A stretch of DNA of 63,217 bases, the filler included, from Octopus bimaculoides (lineage: Eukaryota), in NCBI RefSeq assembly GCF_001194135.2. It is 8 parts of 8 records of this genome, joined end to end, with 100 filler letters (N's around TTAATTAATTAA, not from the genome) between each part and the next. Parts side by side here need not be neighbours in the genome. Positions count along the whole stretch, not along the records: positions 1 to 25,576 come from NC_068981.1; 7 more parts are not named here. The stretch is one strand, 5' to 3'. The first letter of the stretch is position 1. Each line of letters opens with the position of its first letter. A program made the position numbers and the translations under genes. The notes beneath the pieces are model-generated. The model searched no databases. It had not been told where the DNA came from and was given only the letters and a program-made list of their open reading frames with translations. Positions 13,401 to 24,722 of the stretch are shown here, piece after piece.

Positions 13401-16400
13401 TGACATAGCAGAATCATTGGCATGTTGGGAAAAATGCTTAGTGGTAATTCATTTGTCTTTACACCCTCAGTTCAAATTCTGCCGAGGTCAACTTTACCTT
13501 TCATCTTACCAGGGTCAATAAAACATGTACCAGTTGAATACTGGGGGAGGGGGTCGATGTAATTGACTTACCCCATCCCCTGAAATTGCTGGACTTGTGT
13601 GAAAATTTGAAACCAATATATTGTCAATATAAGACCATAATCATTATATTTAACTGATAGTCACTGCTAGTCTTGACATTTTGTTACCTTAAAAGTCCTT
13701 TCATTCATAATACACTAAAACAAAATTGTCACTGCTGAATAATTATGTCATTCATTGCAAAGCCATTAAAATAACCAGGTGCCACATGAAAAGTACCAAG
13801 AACACTCTGTAAAGTGATTGGTGTCAGGAAAGGCATCCAGCTGTAGAAACCAAGTCAAAGCAGACTATGGAACCTGGTGCAGCCCTAACCTTGCCAGTTC
13901 CTGTTAAGCCATCCCACCCATGCTAGTATAGAAATGGAAGTATGCTGATGATTATAATGATTAACTAGTTAGTTAAGTTTAATGTCTATTTTACTATGAT
14001 TTTAGAGCTGACCAGATGTACAGTATAATGGTGTATTTTACGTGCCACCTGCACAGGAGCAAGTCCAGTGACACTGGCAACGACCTCGCGCGAATGTCTT
14101 TTCACGTGCCACCAGCACAAGTGCCAGGAAGGCGACACTGGTAACGATCACACTCAAATGGAATGGTGCTATTTATGTGCCACTGGCACAGAAGCTAGTC
14201 AGCTGCTCTGGCAACGATCATGCTCTGACGGTGCTCTTAGCACTCCACTGGTACAGGTGCCATCACGATTTCGCTTTCACTTGCCTCAACAGGTCTTCGC
14301 AAGCCGAATTTAGTGTCCAATGAAGGAGATGTTGGCATGGGTGCCAGTCGTTGAATTTGGTTCAATTTCGATTTCACTTGCCTCAACAGGTCTTCAAAAG
14401 CAGAGTTTAGTGTCCAATGAAGGAAAGGTACACATAAGTGGGCTGGCTACATCCCTGGCAGAGGCCTCGGATTATGGTCTCACTTGGCTTGCCGGGTCTT
14501 CTCATGCACAGNNNNNNNNNNNNNNNNNNNNNNNNNNNNNNNNNNNNNNNNNNNNNNNGTTCGAAGGCCGTGCTTCACCACCTCATCCCAGGTCTTCCTG
14601 GGTCTACCTCTTCCACAGGTTCCTTCAACCACTAGGATGTGGCACTTTTTCACACAGCTATCCTCATCCATTCTTGCCACATGACCATACCAGTGCAATC
14701 ATCTCTCTTGCACACCACAACTGATGCTTCTTTGGTTCAACTTTTCTCTCAAGGTACTTACAATCTGTCGAGTATGCACACTGACATTACACATCCATCG
14801 GAACATACTGGCTTCATTCCTTGCGAGCTTACACGTCCTCAGCAGTCATGGCCCATGTTTCACTGCCATATAGCATGGCTGTTCGTATATATGCGTCATA
14901 CAGTCTGCCTTTTACTCTGAGTGAGAGGCCCTTTGTCACAGGCAAGGAAACAGATTTCAATAAAGTAACTATATGTATATTATATGAGGTATAATCTTCT
15001 TATTTTCTTATCTTATATTCTGTTACTAATGTTCACCAAGAAAGTCAATCTAAACATTATTCACACAATTTATGAAGGTACATGCATGATTTGCAAATAT
15101 TTTATCTGGTTGCTGAGTAACAGGTTTGAACTAGTTTTCTATAATTGTCATATTATGAGTGATAGAAATTGTGGTGTATATCTCAGAGACCTTAATGTAC
15201 TCATAGTTCCTAAAATTCGTTTCCATTACTGGATGTAATACTTAGTTATGCTTATATATATATTTACTACAGTTCTCCCATCTCATTCTGACACATAAGA
15301 GAACTGGAAGCTTAAACTTTGTCAAAAAAAAAAAAAAAAGAGGAGGCAACAAATTGAACTTTAAAAATCTTACCTTGGGTGCAAGATGTTCAAAACTAGC
15401 TCGTTCTGCTCCAGTACCAAACATATCGGGTTGTGGGTTTGCTTCAATGCTATAAACAATATTGTTTATATATATACAAAATGCAAATTACTTTGAAATT
15501 AACAAATTGATATTAATACCAATAAAAGCAGAAATATTAAATTACTGGTATAAAGGCCTTACAGTATTTTGGGCATGTTCTTCCTGTATGTTTTGGTTAT
15601 ATAATAACAATGATGATGATTTTGCTAATGGTAGTGGTGGTGATGATGTTGATAATGGTAATGGTAGTGGTGAAGATGATGATAAAGAGCTTATTGTATA
15701 ATAGAATATTGATGAGCTTATGTGCATATTACTGTGTTAAAATATGCAGCTGACTTCAAGTTGTACTTTAAGATAAAAGAAACAGATTCTATATGCTATG
15801 TATAGATCTTTGCTGCAATCTGACCTGGACATAATACAGTAACAGATTGCTGACTGGCAACTCAAGTTGGTCAGACACTACTGTACATTTTAGGAGGAAA
15901 AACTTGGAATTTACCAGCTTGCTCCGCAACACTAACCTTAAAAAGTTTGTTGGTGAATGTGACGAAGGTATTATTGACAATAACGATCTGCGATGGATGA
16001 GCAACATTTCTAAAATCATCAAAAAGGCCAAAGATGTCTTAGCAGCAGTCTGTAAGATCTTTGTCAGCTACTCAGAAGCTATCTGTTCAAAGCAATTTAT
16101 GATAGTGATATATCCATACATACAGTTTGCATATATGTGGTCTGATCAATAGATGTCCAGACTGTTGCCATAGTAATGAAGCTAAAGCACACAGAATGAA
16201 GCCAGTTTGTACAGATTGACCTTGAACTCTGCTGTGCATGTGCACTAATTTTTAACGTTCTAGCTCACTTTCACTGTTTACAGCAGTGCTTGGAAGGAAC
16301 ATGTGTAGCATATGATCATCGCATTGACCATGACAGAAAAAGTTCAGCAGGGAATCTGCATCAAATTTTGCCATAAGCTTGGCAATACCTGCTCAGAGGC

Positions 16401-19400
16401 TTACGCAAAGTTTTCCAAAATGTTCATTGTTCTCAACACAATCAATGAGATCTTGTGCAACTGAAACCCGAGTGTCTTCTTAGTCATCTGAAAGCAGTTT
16501 TGTCTGTAGTAAATCAATAACTTCATAATGAATATTTGAGAGCTCAAAAAAAAGGGATAGTCATAAGAGGCAAAATCTGAACAGCATGCAGGATGTACAA
16601 TCCATCCAACAGGCTTTTATGAAGTTTCAATGTATCCAGTTTTACTCACAAGTTTTAGATCAATTCAAAGCCATATTTGTCGAAGATGCCATACAGTGGG
16701 GTTTCTCCAGGAACCTTGTACTTCTGAAGCAAACTTCTTAATCATTAAAACCAAGTATATATGTAAGATGTAAGTTACTTACTTGCATATTGCAGCAGAC
16801 AAAATGCCAATGACAGATTCAGCCGGAGGAGCTGATGAGTGACCAGCTGTTCCATTGACAGAGAGTTTCACCATTGCTTGACCTTTTTCAACAACACCAA
16901 TCCTACAAAACCAAGTGAAAATATTCAATGATTAGATCAGAAAAAAAACATATCTCTCGAAAATTCGATGTAAAGATTTGAAAATTTTTTAACAAGAACA
17001 AAATTTGTAAAATTATATACATGCTTCCATGTACAGAATTTAACCACAAATGGTTTGCTAAAGTTCTCAAATATATTCTGAAATGGCTGCAATATTGGAT
17101 TAATTCCATATTTTGTTTTTTTAATTTTTAACTGATTTCAGTCATTAGATTGCAGCCATACTGGGGCAGAGCCTTGAAGAATTTTAGTCAAACAACTTCA
17201 ACCCCAATACAAGATGTATGCTCAATCAAGTCAGACAGTATCATCTTGAAATATTATCTGTACGGTTGGACCAAAAACAACAGAGACAATATGCGTGAGA
17301 AGAGGAGGAGAAATGGTTGTGGATGTGGTATGCTACTAACTAGAACAGAGACAATTCTGGTAGTGACAGGGAGAAGAAACAGAGAATGTGGGCTGGAAGT
17401 TATTATGTGTAGGTCACATGGCCTTCTTTTGGATATAATTTGTTACTCTTTTATTTGTTTCAGTCATTTGACTGCAGCCATGCTGGAGCACTGCCTTTAG
17501 TCAAACAAATCGACCTCAGGACTTTGTAAGCCTAGTATTTATTCTGTCGGTCACTTTTGACGAACTGCTAAGTTATGGGGACGTAAACACACCAGTATCG
17601 GTTGTCAAGCGATGGTGGGGGGAACAAACACACACACACACACATACATATATATACATATNNNNNNNNNNGTATATATATATAAATAGATGTATGTATT
17701 TTTTCTTGTTTACAATTAGCACGGAAAAAATAGATAAACAGTTACCAGAGTAGCAAAAAATCACACAAGTAAAAAGGACATAACACCTTGTTTTTAAAGG
17801 TAGAAACTCTAAGTTTATGTGAAATATTTTGTATAATATATATAAATAAATAAATGGAATTAAACACAAGTGTTATTCAAATTCTTTTACTTCCAACACA
17901 TGTTTATTTATCTAATTCACATATCGTTCTATATTTCTCATTTATTTGGTTTCTGATTTTTTTTCTTTCCTTTACCCCTCCTCTTTCTATAGGCTACCTT
18001 TGACGTTATATCCTGTAACGTGTTTTTGAAAAAAAACTTAATAGCGTTCAGTTAATCACTATACATATCCATCATATTCTGTTAAAATGTCTTATTGACG
18101 AGTTTTATTTCTTCATTTCCCTGAAGAGAAGATTACATTGTCTTAAACCATTTTATTCCTTTGGAATAATACCAGTGATATCTTCGAAACATGTGTTGGA
18201 AGTAAAAGAATTTGAATAACACCTGCATTTAACTCCATTTATTTATATATATACACGACGGGTTTCTTTCAGTTTCTACCTACCAAATCCACTCACATGG
18301 CTTTGGTCAGCCTGAGGCTAAAGTAGAAGACACTTGCACAAGGTGCCATGCAGTGGGACTGAATCTGGAACCATGTGGTTGGTAAGCAAGCAACTTACCA
18401 CACAGCCACTCGTCGAAGTAGTATTAGTTATACTGTTCCATATTTGCGAACATTACTCTATTAAGGGTTTTGTAAAGGTTCAGGAATTCAAGCATTTGCA
18501 GTGATTTTGAAGGTTTTTATTTGCAAGTTGTTCATGATGAAATAGGGTATGATTGTTTTCTTAATATAAGCAGAGGTTGTATTTTGATGCTGCTGAAAAA
18601 GATGAGGTTGTCATGTTCTCATCAGAAGAGGTTTTCTAGGTCTTGGTTTACCAAACATTAGAGCACACTCAGATCAATATAAGATGGTTCACAGAGAGCC
18701 CCTTAATGCATGCTGTGATAGTGTAAGCTGATGGGAACCTTCCATTCAAAGAGATGAGAGAAAGATGAAACCTAAAAATAAGCAACATAGTGAGAAAAGT
18801 TTCAATATTGAACACAGTTGGAGGCCTTGTAGATGTCAAGTGTAACTATATTGTTTTCACTGAACTTCCTAAGAAAATGTGTGACCATTGGTGACTTAGT
18901 AGAGCTGGTCCCAGTAGATGTAGTTCTATAAAGTTATACAAGTAGTCACTGAAGATTAAATGATATTCAAGTTTTTAGAGAGGATGATTGTTTTCATCAT
19001 CATTGAGATGTTGAAAGAGCAGCAGGCTGATATATTGTAGATGCAGAGAGGTTTCCCCTTACTATCATATATTTTCAAATATTGGGATCCTTACAGAAAG
19101 ACAAATACTGAAGGGTTTGGTGAGGATAGGGGTTAGCATTTGAGGATAATGGCACTGATCACTGTCTGGGGGTGCAGCCTAATTGATATGATGTAACCAG
19201 GAGCATTTTTGCACTTGGTATGTGTTTGTGTTGGTGTAACAGGTGGAGAGGACAAAGAAAGATTTTGAGGAGTTTTACTGAATGTGTGTATTGCAAAGTT
19301 AAAAGGAAAATGGGCAATAAATGTAATAAAAGTCTTTTCCACAAGATTGCTGTTTATGGAGACATTAAGGTGGGTGATGATGTTGAGGATTCCACAAAGT

Positions 19401-22400
19401 TGGTAATGATCTATCAATCTGAAGAATTAGCTGTAATTTGGAAGATTAGAGGGCTTGAATGCTGTGCATTGCTCCAAAGCATATTTTTACTTTTTGGATG
19501 ATAGCCTTGCATGAGTTACTGTGGTGANNNNNNNNNNNNNNNNNNNNNNNNNNNNNNNNNNNNNNNNNNNNNNNNNNNNNNNNNNNNNNNNNNNNNNNNN
19601 NNNNNNNNNNNNNNNNNNNNNNNNNNNNNNNNNNNNNNNNNNNNNNNTTTTTTCATTTGCTTGTATCGCTGCAACACAATTGAATTATTTGGGGATTTGG
19701 TGCTATGTATTTTGGTTGAGTGAGAGATTAAAGGGACATATATAAGCAGACGGCTCCTACTACCTGCTTTGCTATCTCAGACGAACCAGGTGAAGTACAT
19801 TTATTGTCAGGGATAGAATGAAACAGATTTCCAACTAGTTAGCTGACTTCATGTGCCATCGGCTTCTAGATTGTTGTGCAGTGTGGATGTGTGACGGAAA
19901 GCCTTGTTTTGGTTGTGGTTGAACAAGTCAATAAGTGCAGAAACAATGATAGTTAAAGCATGAGTTTGACAATGAGAAAAAGATGAAATGACTGAGTTGT
20001 CTGCATGTAAATCACAAGTATGTATAGACTATGATACTATCTTTCAGAATAACAAATATTTAAAATATTTTGAAGTAACACACTACCTCAAAAATAGGCA
20101 AATAAAGAAAGGTTTGTAAATAAACTTACATGGCAACAGGCTGTAAACCTTTTAAAAAATTTTTGATTATCATGAGACCCTCGTCAAACAGATACTCCAA
20201 TTGAACACCTCGTCTTTCAAGAAGCTGACCTATATGACGTGCTCCATCCTCCCCAAAAACCTAAATAGTGAGATGATCATAGAATTAATTAGTTTAAAAA
20301 AGAATATCATTTATCTACAGTAAAATAAAAAAAAAAACAGGTCTTTATCATTTGGTAAAGCCATGTCTTTTGTTGTTGCTTTTAGTGATTATGTTATTGG
20401 ACAATACATACTATAATGTTTATGAAAACAATATAGGCCATACTGTCATGTGCTTTTCAGAATAACTAAAATATATCTTTATATCTTCATATTATTTACC
20501 TACAAAAGATATTTGATAGAATACTGCACATAATCTAGTAAGGCTGAAGACATAAATCAGTGGTATCAGTGCAACTTTAAATTGAAAACATTTCTATGTT
20601 GGCTTTTTTACTCAAATACATGGCCAAATATTGTATGGAAGTAGCTGTAGCAAACTGAGTCAATCTCAGTATATTACTGGTGCTTGTGTAATTGGCTCCA
20701 AAGAAATTGAAGTGCACTCTGAATGTAGTAGGAGCTGAAATTTAGTCCAGAGTTGTGCTGTTTCTATATGAAGAATATTAACCCTTCCATTACTGCACTT
20801 CTATTGAAATACACAACTTTTGTTTTAATTAATTTTCAAAATAACAAAGAATTTAGCAAAGTAACTCTTCCCTTATTAAGCTGGAGTTTGCAACATAAAC
20901 TAGCATGAAATTTAAGAGAAAATTTAAATTTAGATCACTTTAAAACAGAAAGTTTGTATTGTGGAACCAAGGGCAATTTTGGGTGGGTTGGTATCAAAAG
21001 GTTAATTACTGAACAGAATATTTTGTACCTTTCATTTATCAATTATGATAAATACACACCTCTTCATCATGTCCAAATGCAACAAAGAAAGATCTTTTAG
21101 GTTTAAAACCTGTTTTCAGAGCATGCTCCAAAGCCTCCAAGATACCCTGAAAAACACAAAAGAAATTTATATTTATGAAAATTGCATTTGATAAAATTTA
21201 GTTTTGTTTCAAAAACCACTTTCATATCTCATCATTAACATAAAAACTACTAGAAATATCTAAAACAAAAATCAAGTTTAACATTTATCTATTACTTTAG
21301 CTATGGCTAAATTTAATAATAAAAAGTTCATTCAGTAAATATGGATTTGAAAAGATTAAACCCTTTCATTCTGTTCTCAAAATAATATATTCGGGTTTCT
21401 AAAAGAACATCCTCTCCTGTTTCCCCTTCACTTCCTCTTCCTCCTGGTTTATTTTCTTCTATCTGGAAATCTTTTGTTTCTATAGAAGGTATTCATGACA
21501 TAAAAGATATTGTGCATTTGACAATGAAGTTTTCACTGTTGACTCTTTATCCTTGGCAAAGTCAGTAACTTCATTAAATGCAATATTGCATCTAGCAAGA
21601 TATTCCTTAGCTTGGGAAATGTATATCTGTTGCAATGATCTTCCAACATGATAGGACTCTGTCACTTACTGTTGTAATTCAAAAACGTGTCTAGCAATAT
21701 ATTTAGGTTTCTCAAAGCATGTCAACACAAAAATTAATTTCTAATGTAACCTCCTATCAGCTGAGAAAGTCTGCACTCATGTCATTAGCTGTTCATTATT
21801 TATTTTTTTCTGGAAAATGGATCTAAGATCAAACCATACAGGACATCACACTCTTTTAGAAATAGCTGAACTAATTTCTATTTCTGTAATAAAATAAAAC
21901 AGAGTGTGATGATCTATAGTCTGGTGGTCACTCAGAAAACTAGGAGTTGATAAATAGCTAGTGAAAGCAATATAAACCATATCCAAAAATACTGTCAGTA
22001 AAGAGAGGATGAACAATATGTTTAGCAAGTAATTTGGAGAGGCTAGGGATCTAGCCTCTCAGGCCTGCTGGTCATCTCATACATCGATCAACTCGAATGC
22101 AAGGAACTTAACACCACTCATGTATCTTTTTCTCAAGGTATGTTGACAATGTCCTGATGCTTACCTCATCTGGGGAGGAGGCATCAACAAATTTTCAACA
22201 ATGTCAACAACCACATGTCAAATTTCAAATTGAACATCCAGATAAGTCTGGAACCATCTCTCTGCTGGATTTCCAAAACAAGATCACAGAGGAGGGTCCC
22301 GTCTATTCAAATTTTTATAGAAAAGTGGCCAGTAGGAATCTGTTCATACACTACAAATCAACCCTGCCCACCAGAGCCAAAGCTGCATATATGCAAAATG

Positions 22401-23491
22401 AGATCACATGCATGCATAAGAAACAGATGCAGCAAAACTACTGACAAAGCTATGAACACCAAGAGGTTCCTCAAGAATGGAAAGCATACGTTAAACAATG
22501 ATGATGATGATGATGATGAATATTGTGAAAGACTTTGAAATAAAACTTTATTTGTGGTTAAAGGTTTTAATGTTCAACTGGTTCTATATCTTCAATCTGT
22601 CAATGTATCTGTTGATAGATTCAGTGATAGATAGGAATGAGAAAGGCTGATGGCCAGTTTTATCGACAAGTACTTAAATCTAAGTGAAATAACCTTTGCA
22701 AATAGTTGTGGATGCTACTTATACCTTTTTATGTGTAGCAGCCCAGTGGCTGAGGCCGTGCTGGGGCACCGCAATTCTTTAGGTTTTACTTTTAGTTATT
22801 TGCTTTAAATGTTTATCATTATTGTTAGAGTAGAGAGATACATACATCGGCAGAACCATAAGTAGAATAGACAGACAGACAGCCTACAACTTTAATTAAT
22901 ACTACCTATATGGATTTTTACACCCTCTCAAGAATCAAATGTTTCAGAAAAATATACAATTCTATCATACAATTGACAAAATAACTGGAATTTCTATGGG
23001 TATTGCTAGTTGCAAATAAATGTTTTAAGTAAAGATGATGGTCTTTATAAAGCAATATATTTAATGAATATCTGAGATGATAAGCACTGATAATTATCTT
23101 TTTTTTTTACTCTTTTGGTTTGGAGGAAGGGCTGTGCCAATGGATTTTGCAGTCTCTGAGATTGATGTGCTTAACATGACCGCTGTAAGAAAAACGTGCA
23201 CAGAGGGAAGCAATCTATAAAACTGCAATAAAACAAAACTATATTTGCCAATACATACCATAACACCAAGTTTAACATCTATGGCACCCCTACCATAAAT
23301 GTAACCCTCATAGTGTTCAGCTCCAAAAGGATCAAATTTCCAGTTTTCTTCTGTAACAGGAACTACATCTAAATGTGCTGCTAGCAGATAGGGAGAAAGA
23401 TTTTTATCACTTCCTTCAACTGTATACAGTAGGCTGTAATTAGCCACAACTTCATATTTTACTAATGGTGACTTGTGGATAGTTGGATAGG
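7191..23491 (-). CDS. PM20D1: PM20D1-like peptidase M20A (N-fatty-acyl-amino acid synthase/hydrolase); 10 exons, 5'-incomplete: join(23491-23259,21146-21060,20260-20130,16902-16783,15449-15374,13058-12997,12410-12332,10928-10857,9037-8872,7414-7191)
   Basis: All 9 introns are GT-AG and phase-compatible. The 1250 nt splice into one frame ending in TGA. M20 motifs are intact: [40 protein letters not shown]...NHRIHP, NTDTRHY, HGDNE. Assignment to PM20D1 is from recalled similarity to the vertebrate protein. Confidence 0.93.
8522..8730 (-). mobile_element. SINE family A (head ...ggcagaatc.ttagca..., (TAA)n tail)
   Basis: Same consensus seen at about 2250-2600(-), 13410-13620(+), 31190-31365(-), 42105-42305(+), 62172-62357(-), 62515-62710(+). 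Confidence 0.8.
8872..9037 (-). CDS. PM20D1: PM20D1 exon, 166 nt ([55 protein letters not shown]+G)
   Basis: Acceptor ttgcag|GTA, donor CCAG|gtaagg. Confidence 0.93.
10857..10928 (-). CDS. PM20D1: PM20D1 exon, 72 nt ([24 protein letters not shown])
   Basis: Acceptor tttaag|GAA, donor CAG|gtaatt. NV.P..A...N.RIHP motif. Confidence 0.93.
11383..11505 (+). repeat. Three tandem copies of a 41-bp unit
   Basis: AATGACATGTGGTCTTCCAACCCATCCAGGTGAAGAGTGTG starting at 11383, 11424 and 11465; one substitution in copy 3. Confidence 0.95.
11501..11830 (+). mobile_element. tRNA-derived SINE family E
   Basis: A-box-like TGGTTTAATGG and B-box-like GAGTTTGATTAC, then ccttgagcaagacact core. Partial copies at 25119-25315(-) and 54478-54690(-). 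Confidence 0.8.
12332..12410 (-). CDS. PM20D1: PM20D1 exon, 79 nt ([26 protein letters not shown])
   Basis: Acceptor ctttag|G, donor AAG|gtaaat. TNA..RT..A.T.F.AG.K motif. Confidence 0.92.
12997..13058 (-). CDS. PM20D1: PM20D1 exon, 62 nt ([20 protein letters not shown]+TG)
   Basis: Acceptor aaacag|TTG, donor TG|gtgagt. NLWLF motif. Confidence 0.92.
14030..14945 (-). mobile_element. RTE LINE 3' end with SINE-shared tail
   Basis: [41 protein letters not shown]...EKTRQAK*. Confidence 0.85.
15374..15449 (-). CDS. PM20D1: PM20D1 exon, 76 nt ([25 protein letters not shown])
   Basis: Acceptor ttatag|C, donor AAG|gtaaga. Phases fit both neighbours. Confidence 0.9.
15790..16100 (+). mobile_element. 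CR1/L2-type LINE RT fragment
   Basis: [40 protein letters not shown] resemble post-YADD RT segments. Confidence 0.6.
16135..16470 (+). mobile_element. Mariner-derived non-autonomous element (5' part)
   Basis: [25 protein letters not shown] resembles a mariner N-terminal HTH start; TIR-like tgtggtctgatcaata at the left end. Confidence 0.55.
16783..16902 (-). CDS. PM20D1: PM20D1 exon, 120 nt ([39 protein letters not shown])
   Basis: Acceptor ttgtag|G, donor AA|gtaagt. EKG and GHSSAPP motifs. Confidence 0.95.
17425..17640 (-). mobile_element. SINE family C
   Basis: gtgtttacgtcccc.taacttagc...ctccagcatgg..gcagtc.aatgactgaaac consensus. Copies or tails at 17120-17200, 24770-25105, 30720-30900, 37050-37160, 51505-51730. 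Confidence 0.8.
17835..18255. mobile_element. ~420-bp cassette bounded by inverted repeats; Penelope pseudo-LTR / retrozyme-like
   Basis: Perfect 36-bp IR at 17870-17905 / 18187-18222, extending imperfectly to ~65 bp. Contains a hammerhead ribozyme. Confidence 0.65.
18115..18203 (+). ncRNA. Type I minimal hammerhead ribozyme (predicted cleavage after GUU, between 18197 and 18198)
   Basis: Stem I AUUUCC/GGAAGU; CUGAAGA 18121-18127; stem II GAAGAU/AUCUUC with canonical G-C closing pair; GAAA 18186-18189; 2-bp stem III AC/GU with AUGU loop; H17=U. All conserved core bases are present. Confidence 0.8.
18251..18411 (-). mobile_element. tRNA-derived SINE family B
   Basis: gagtggctgtgtggtaag..gcttgcttaccaaccacatggttcc..gttcagtccc head. 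Copies at 3255-3410(+), 46066-46173(+), 46723-46893(+). Confidence 0.85.
18430..19500 (-). mobile_element. Highly degenerate Penelope-like element (RT/GIY-YIG remnants)
   Basis: Fragmentary matches by eye to PLE RT (KLLKIFLC...) and endonuclease region; many stops and frameshifts. Confidence 0.4.
20130..20260 (-). CDS. PM20D1: PM20D1 exon, 131 nt ([43 protein letters not shown]+AT)
   Basis: Acceptor atttag|GTT, donor AT|gtaagt. DEG motif. Confidence 0.93.
20782..21001. mobile_element. ~220-bp TTAA-flanked MITE (piggyBac-like ends)
   Basis: TTAA|CCCTTCCATTAC ... GGTATCAAAAGG|TTAA; TIRs match at about 8 of 12 bases. Confidence 0.5.
21060..21146 (-). CDS. PM20D1: PM20D1 exon, 87 nt ([29 protein letters not shown])
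   Basis: Acceptor ttttcag|GGT, donor GAG|gtgtgt. Catalytic HDEE motif. Phase 0/0. Confidence 0.93.
22030..22490 (+). mobile_element. Penelope-like RT fragment
   Basis: G.AMG.SLSGLL-like segment, [44 protein letters not shown]. Confidence 0.6.
23259..23491 (-). CDS. PM20D1: PM20D1 exon, 233 nt ([78 protein letters not shown])
   Basis: Acceptor tttcag|CC (AG 23493-23492), donor ATG|gtatgt. Contains the His and Asp metal ligands. Starts in phase 1. Confidence 0.95.
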
Positions 23492-23985
23492 CTGAAACAT
23501 ACAAAATATGAATAAACTTAAAATGGTAATCAAATAATGCTTAGCGTGAAGGAAATTTCCTTCAAACCACACCAGTTCTTCAGAGAAAAGGATCACATAG
23601 CCGTTAATGTAATTACAGAACAATTGCAGGTAAAAGAAATAGTGGGGCTGATCACAAATGCTATGTCTTTTACATTAGTTAAGATCAATGGGGCAACCTC
23701 AGAATTAAAGAGCAAGTAACTGAACTGACAAGGGAGTCTCTACAGGATAGAAAAAGGAGTCAAATTTCCCTCAAATCACTTTCTGTTGCTTTACAAACAT
23801 ACATGCACACACATACATACAGATATGATCAAACAAATTCCATCAGAGGGCATGTATTATCTAGTAAAGTTGATGAAAGGAGTACAGTGAACTTGCTGTG
23901 GTGAATAAAGAATCAAACATTTTAGACAGGGTCCTTTGACAGGGTAAAGTTGACAGGAGAGGTGAGAAATTGATTATACTATATA

Positions 23986-24722
23986 TAGAGGGTGTGGTGA
24001 ATAAACTGTTGTCTAAATTATGCAAAAATGAAAACAACACTAACGTCTTATTTTAACAAATATATTTACCAAAATTACATTAAAATATTTTGAAATACTA
24101 AAGAGTAAATTTATTCAATAAAATCGCCATGGCTTCCAGACAACTTTGGAATCTCCTGCAACTCTTCTGGATGGTCTGCTTGTTTAAGTTGGTGAAAGCT
24201 GTCATAATCCTTGCCTTCAGTTCATCTTCGGTGTTACAAGAAGTTTTGTTGGTCTCTTGCGCAATTGCACCCCACACATAATAACCAAGGGAGTTGCAGT
24301 CTGGGGAGTTAGATGACCAGATGTTAGGGGTGATGTGGACACAGAAATTATCTGACAGCCATGATTGTGCAACATAGTGCAGAGTCCTGTTGCCAGACAT
24401 AGGGTCTTCCAGCAGCCACTCTCTTGACCCAGGGCAGCATTACCTCCTCCACGCATTTGATGTAGGCTTCCGTGTTGAGTCTGAGGCCATGTGGGAAGAT
24501 GATTGGAGGTATAACGTCACCATCACTAGTGATCAATCCAAACATCATGATGTTGACTAGGTGTTTGATATTCATCACTCTCGGTACATGCCCTCAGATT
24601 GACACTCAAACACTCTAAAATGCTCATATTGGAACTTCCGGTATGAATGCCAAACAGTACAGTATGTCGTTTCCAAATTTCTGGCAGAGCGAATTGGGTC
24701 ATGGTGCTGTTTTTCTCACAGA
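23986..24722 (-). mobile_element. maT/DD37D-type mariner relic with right TIR
   Basis: MMFGLITSDGDVIPPIIFPHGLRLNTEAY...PYVWQQDSA; NIWSSNSPDCNSLGYYVWG. TIR agagggtgtggtgaataaactgttgtct. Confidence 0.85.

Noticed and set aside
23094-23504. 136-aa ORF starting MYVSA as a stand-alone gene
   Set aside because: The Met and the C-terminal tail are intronic; only 23259-23491 is exon.
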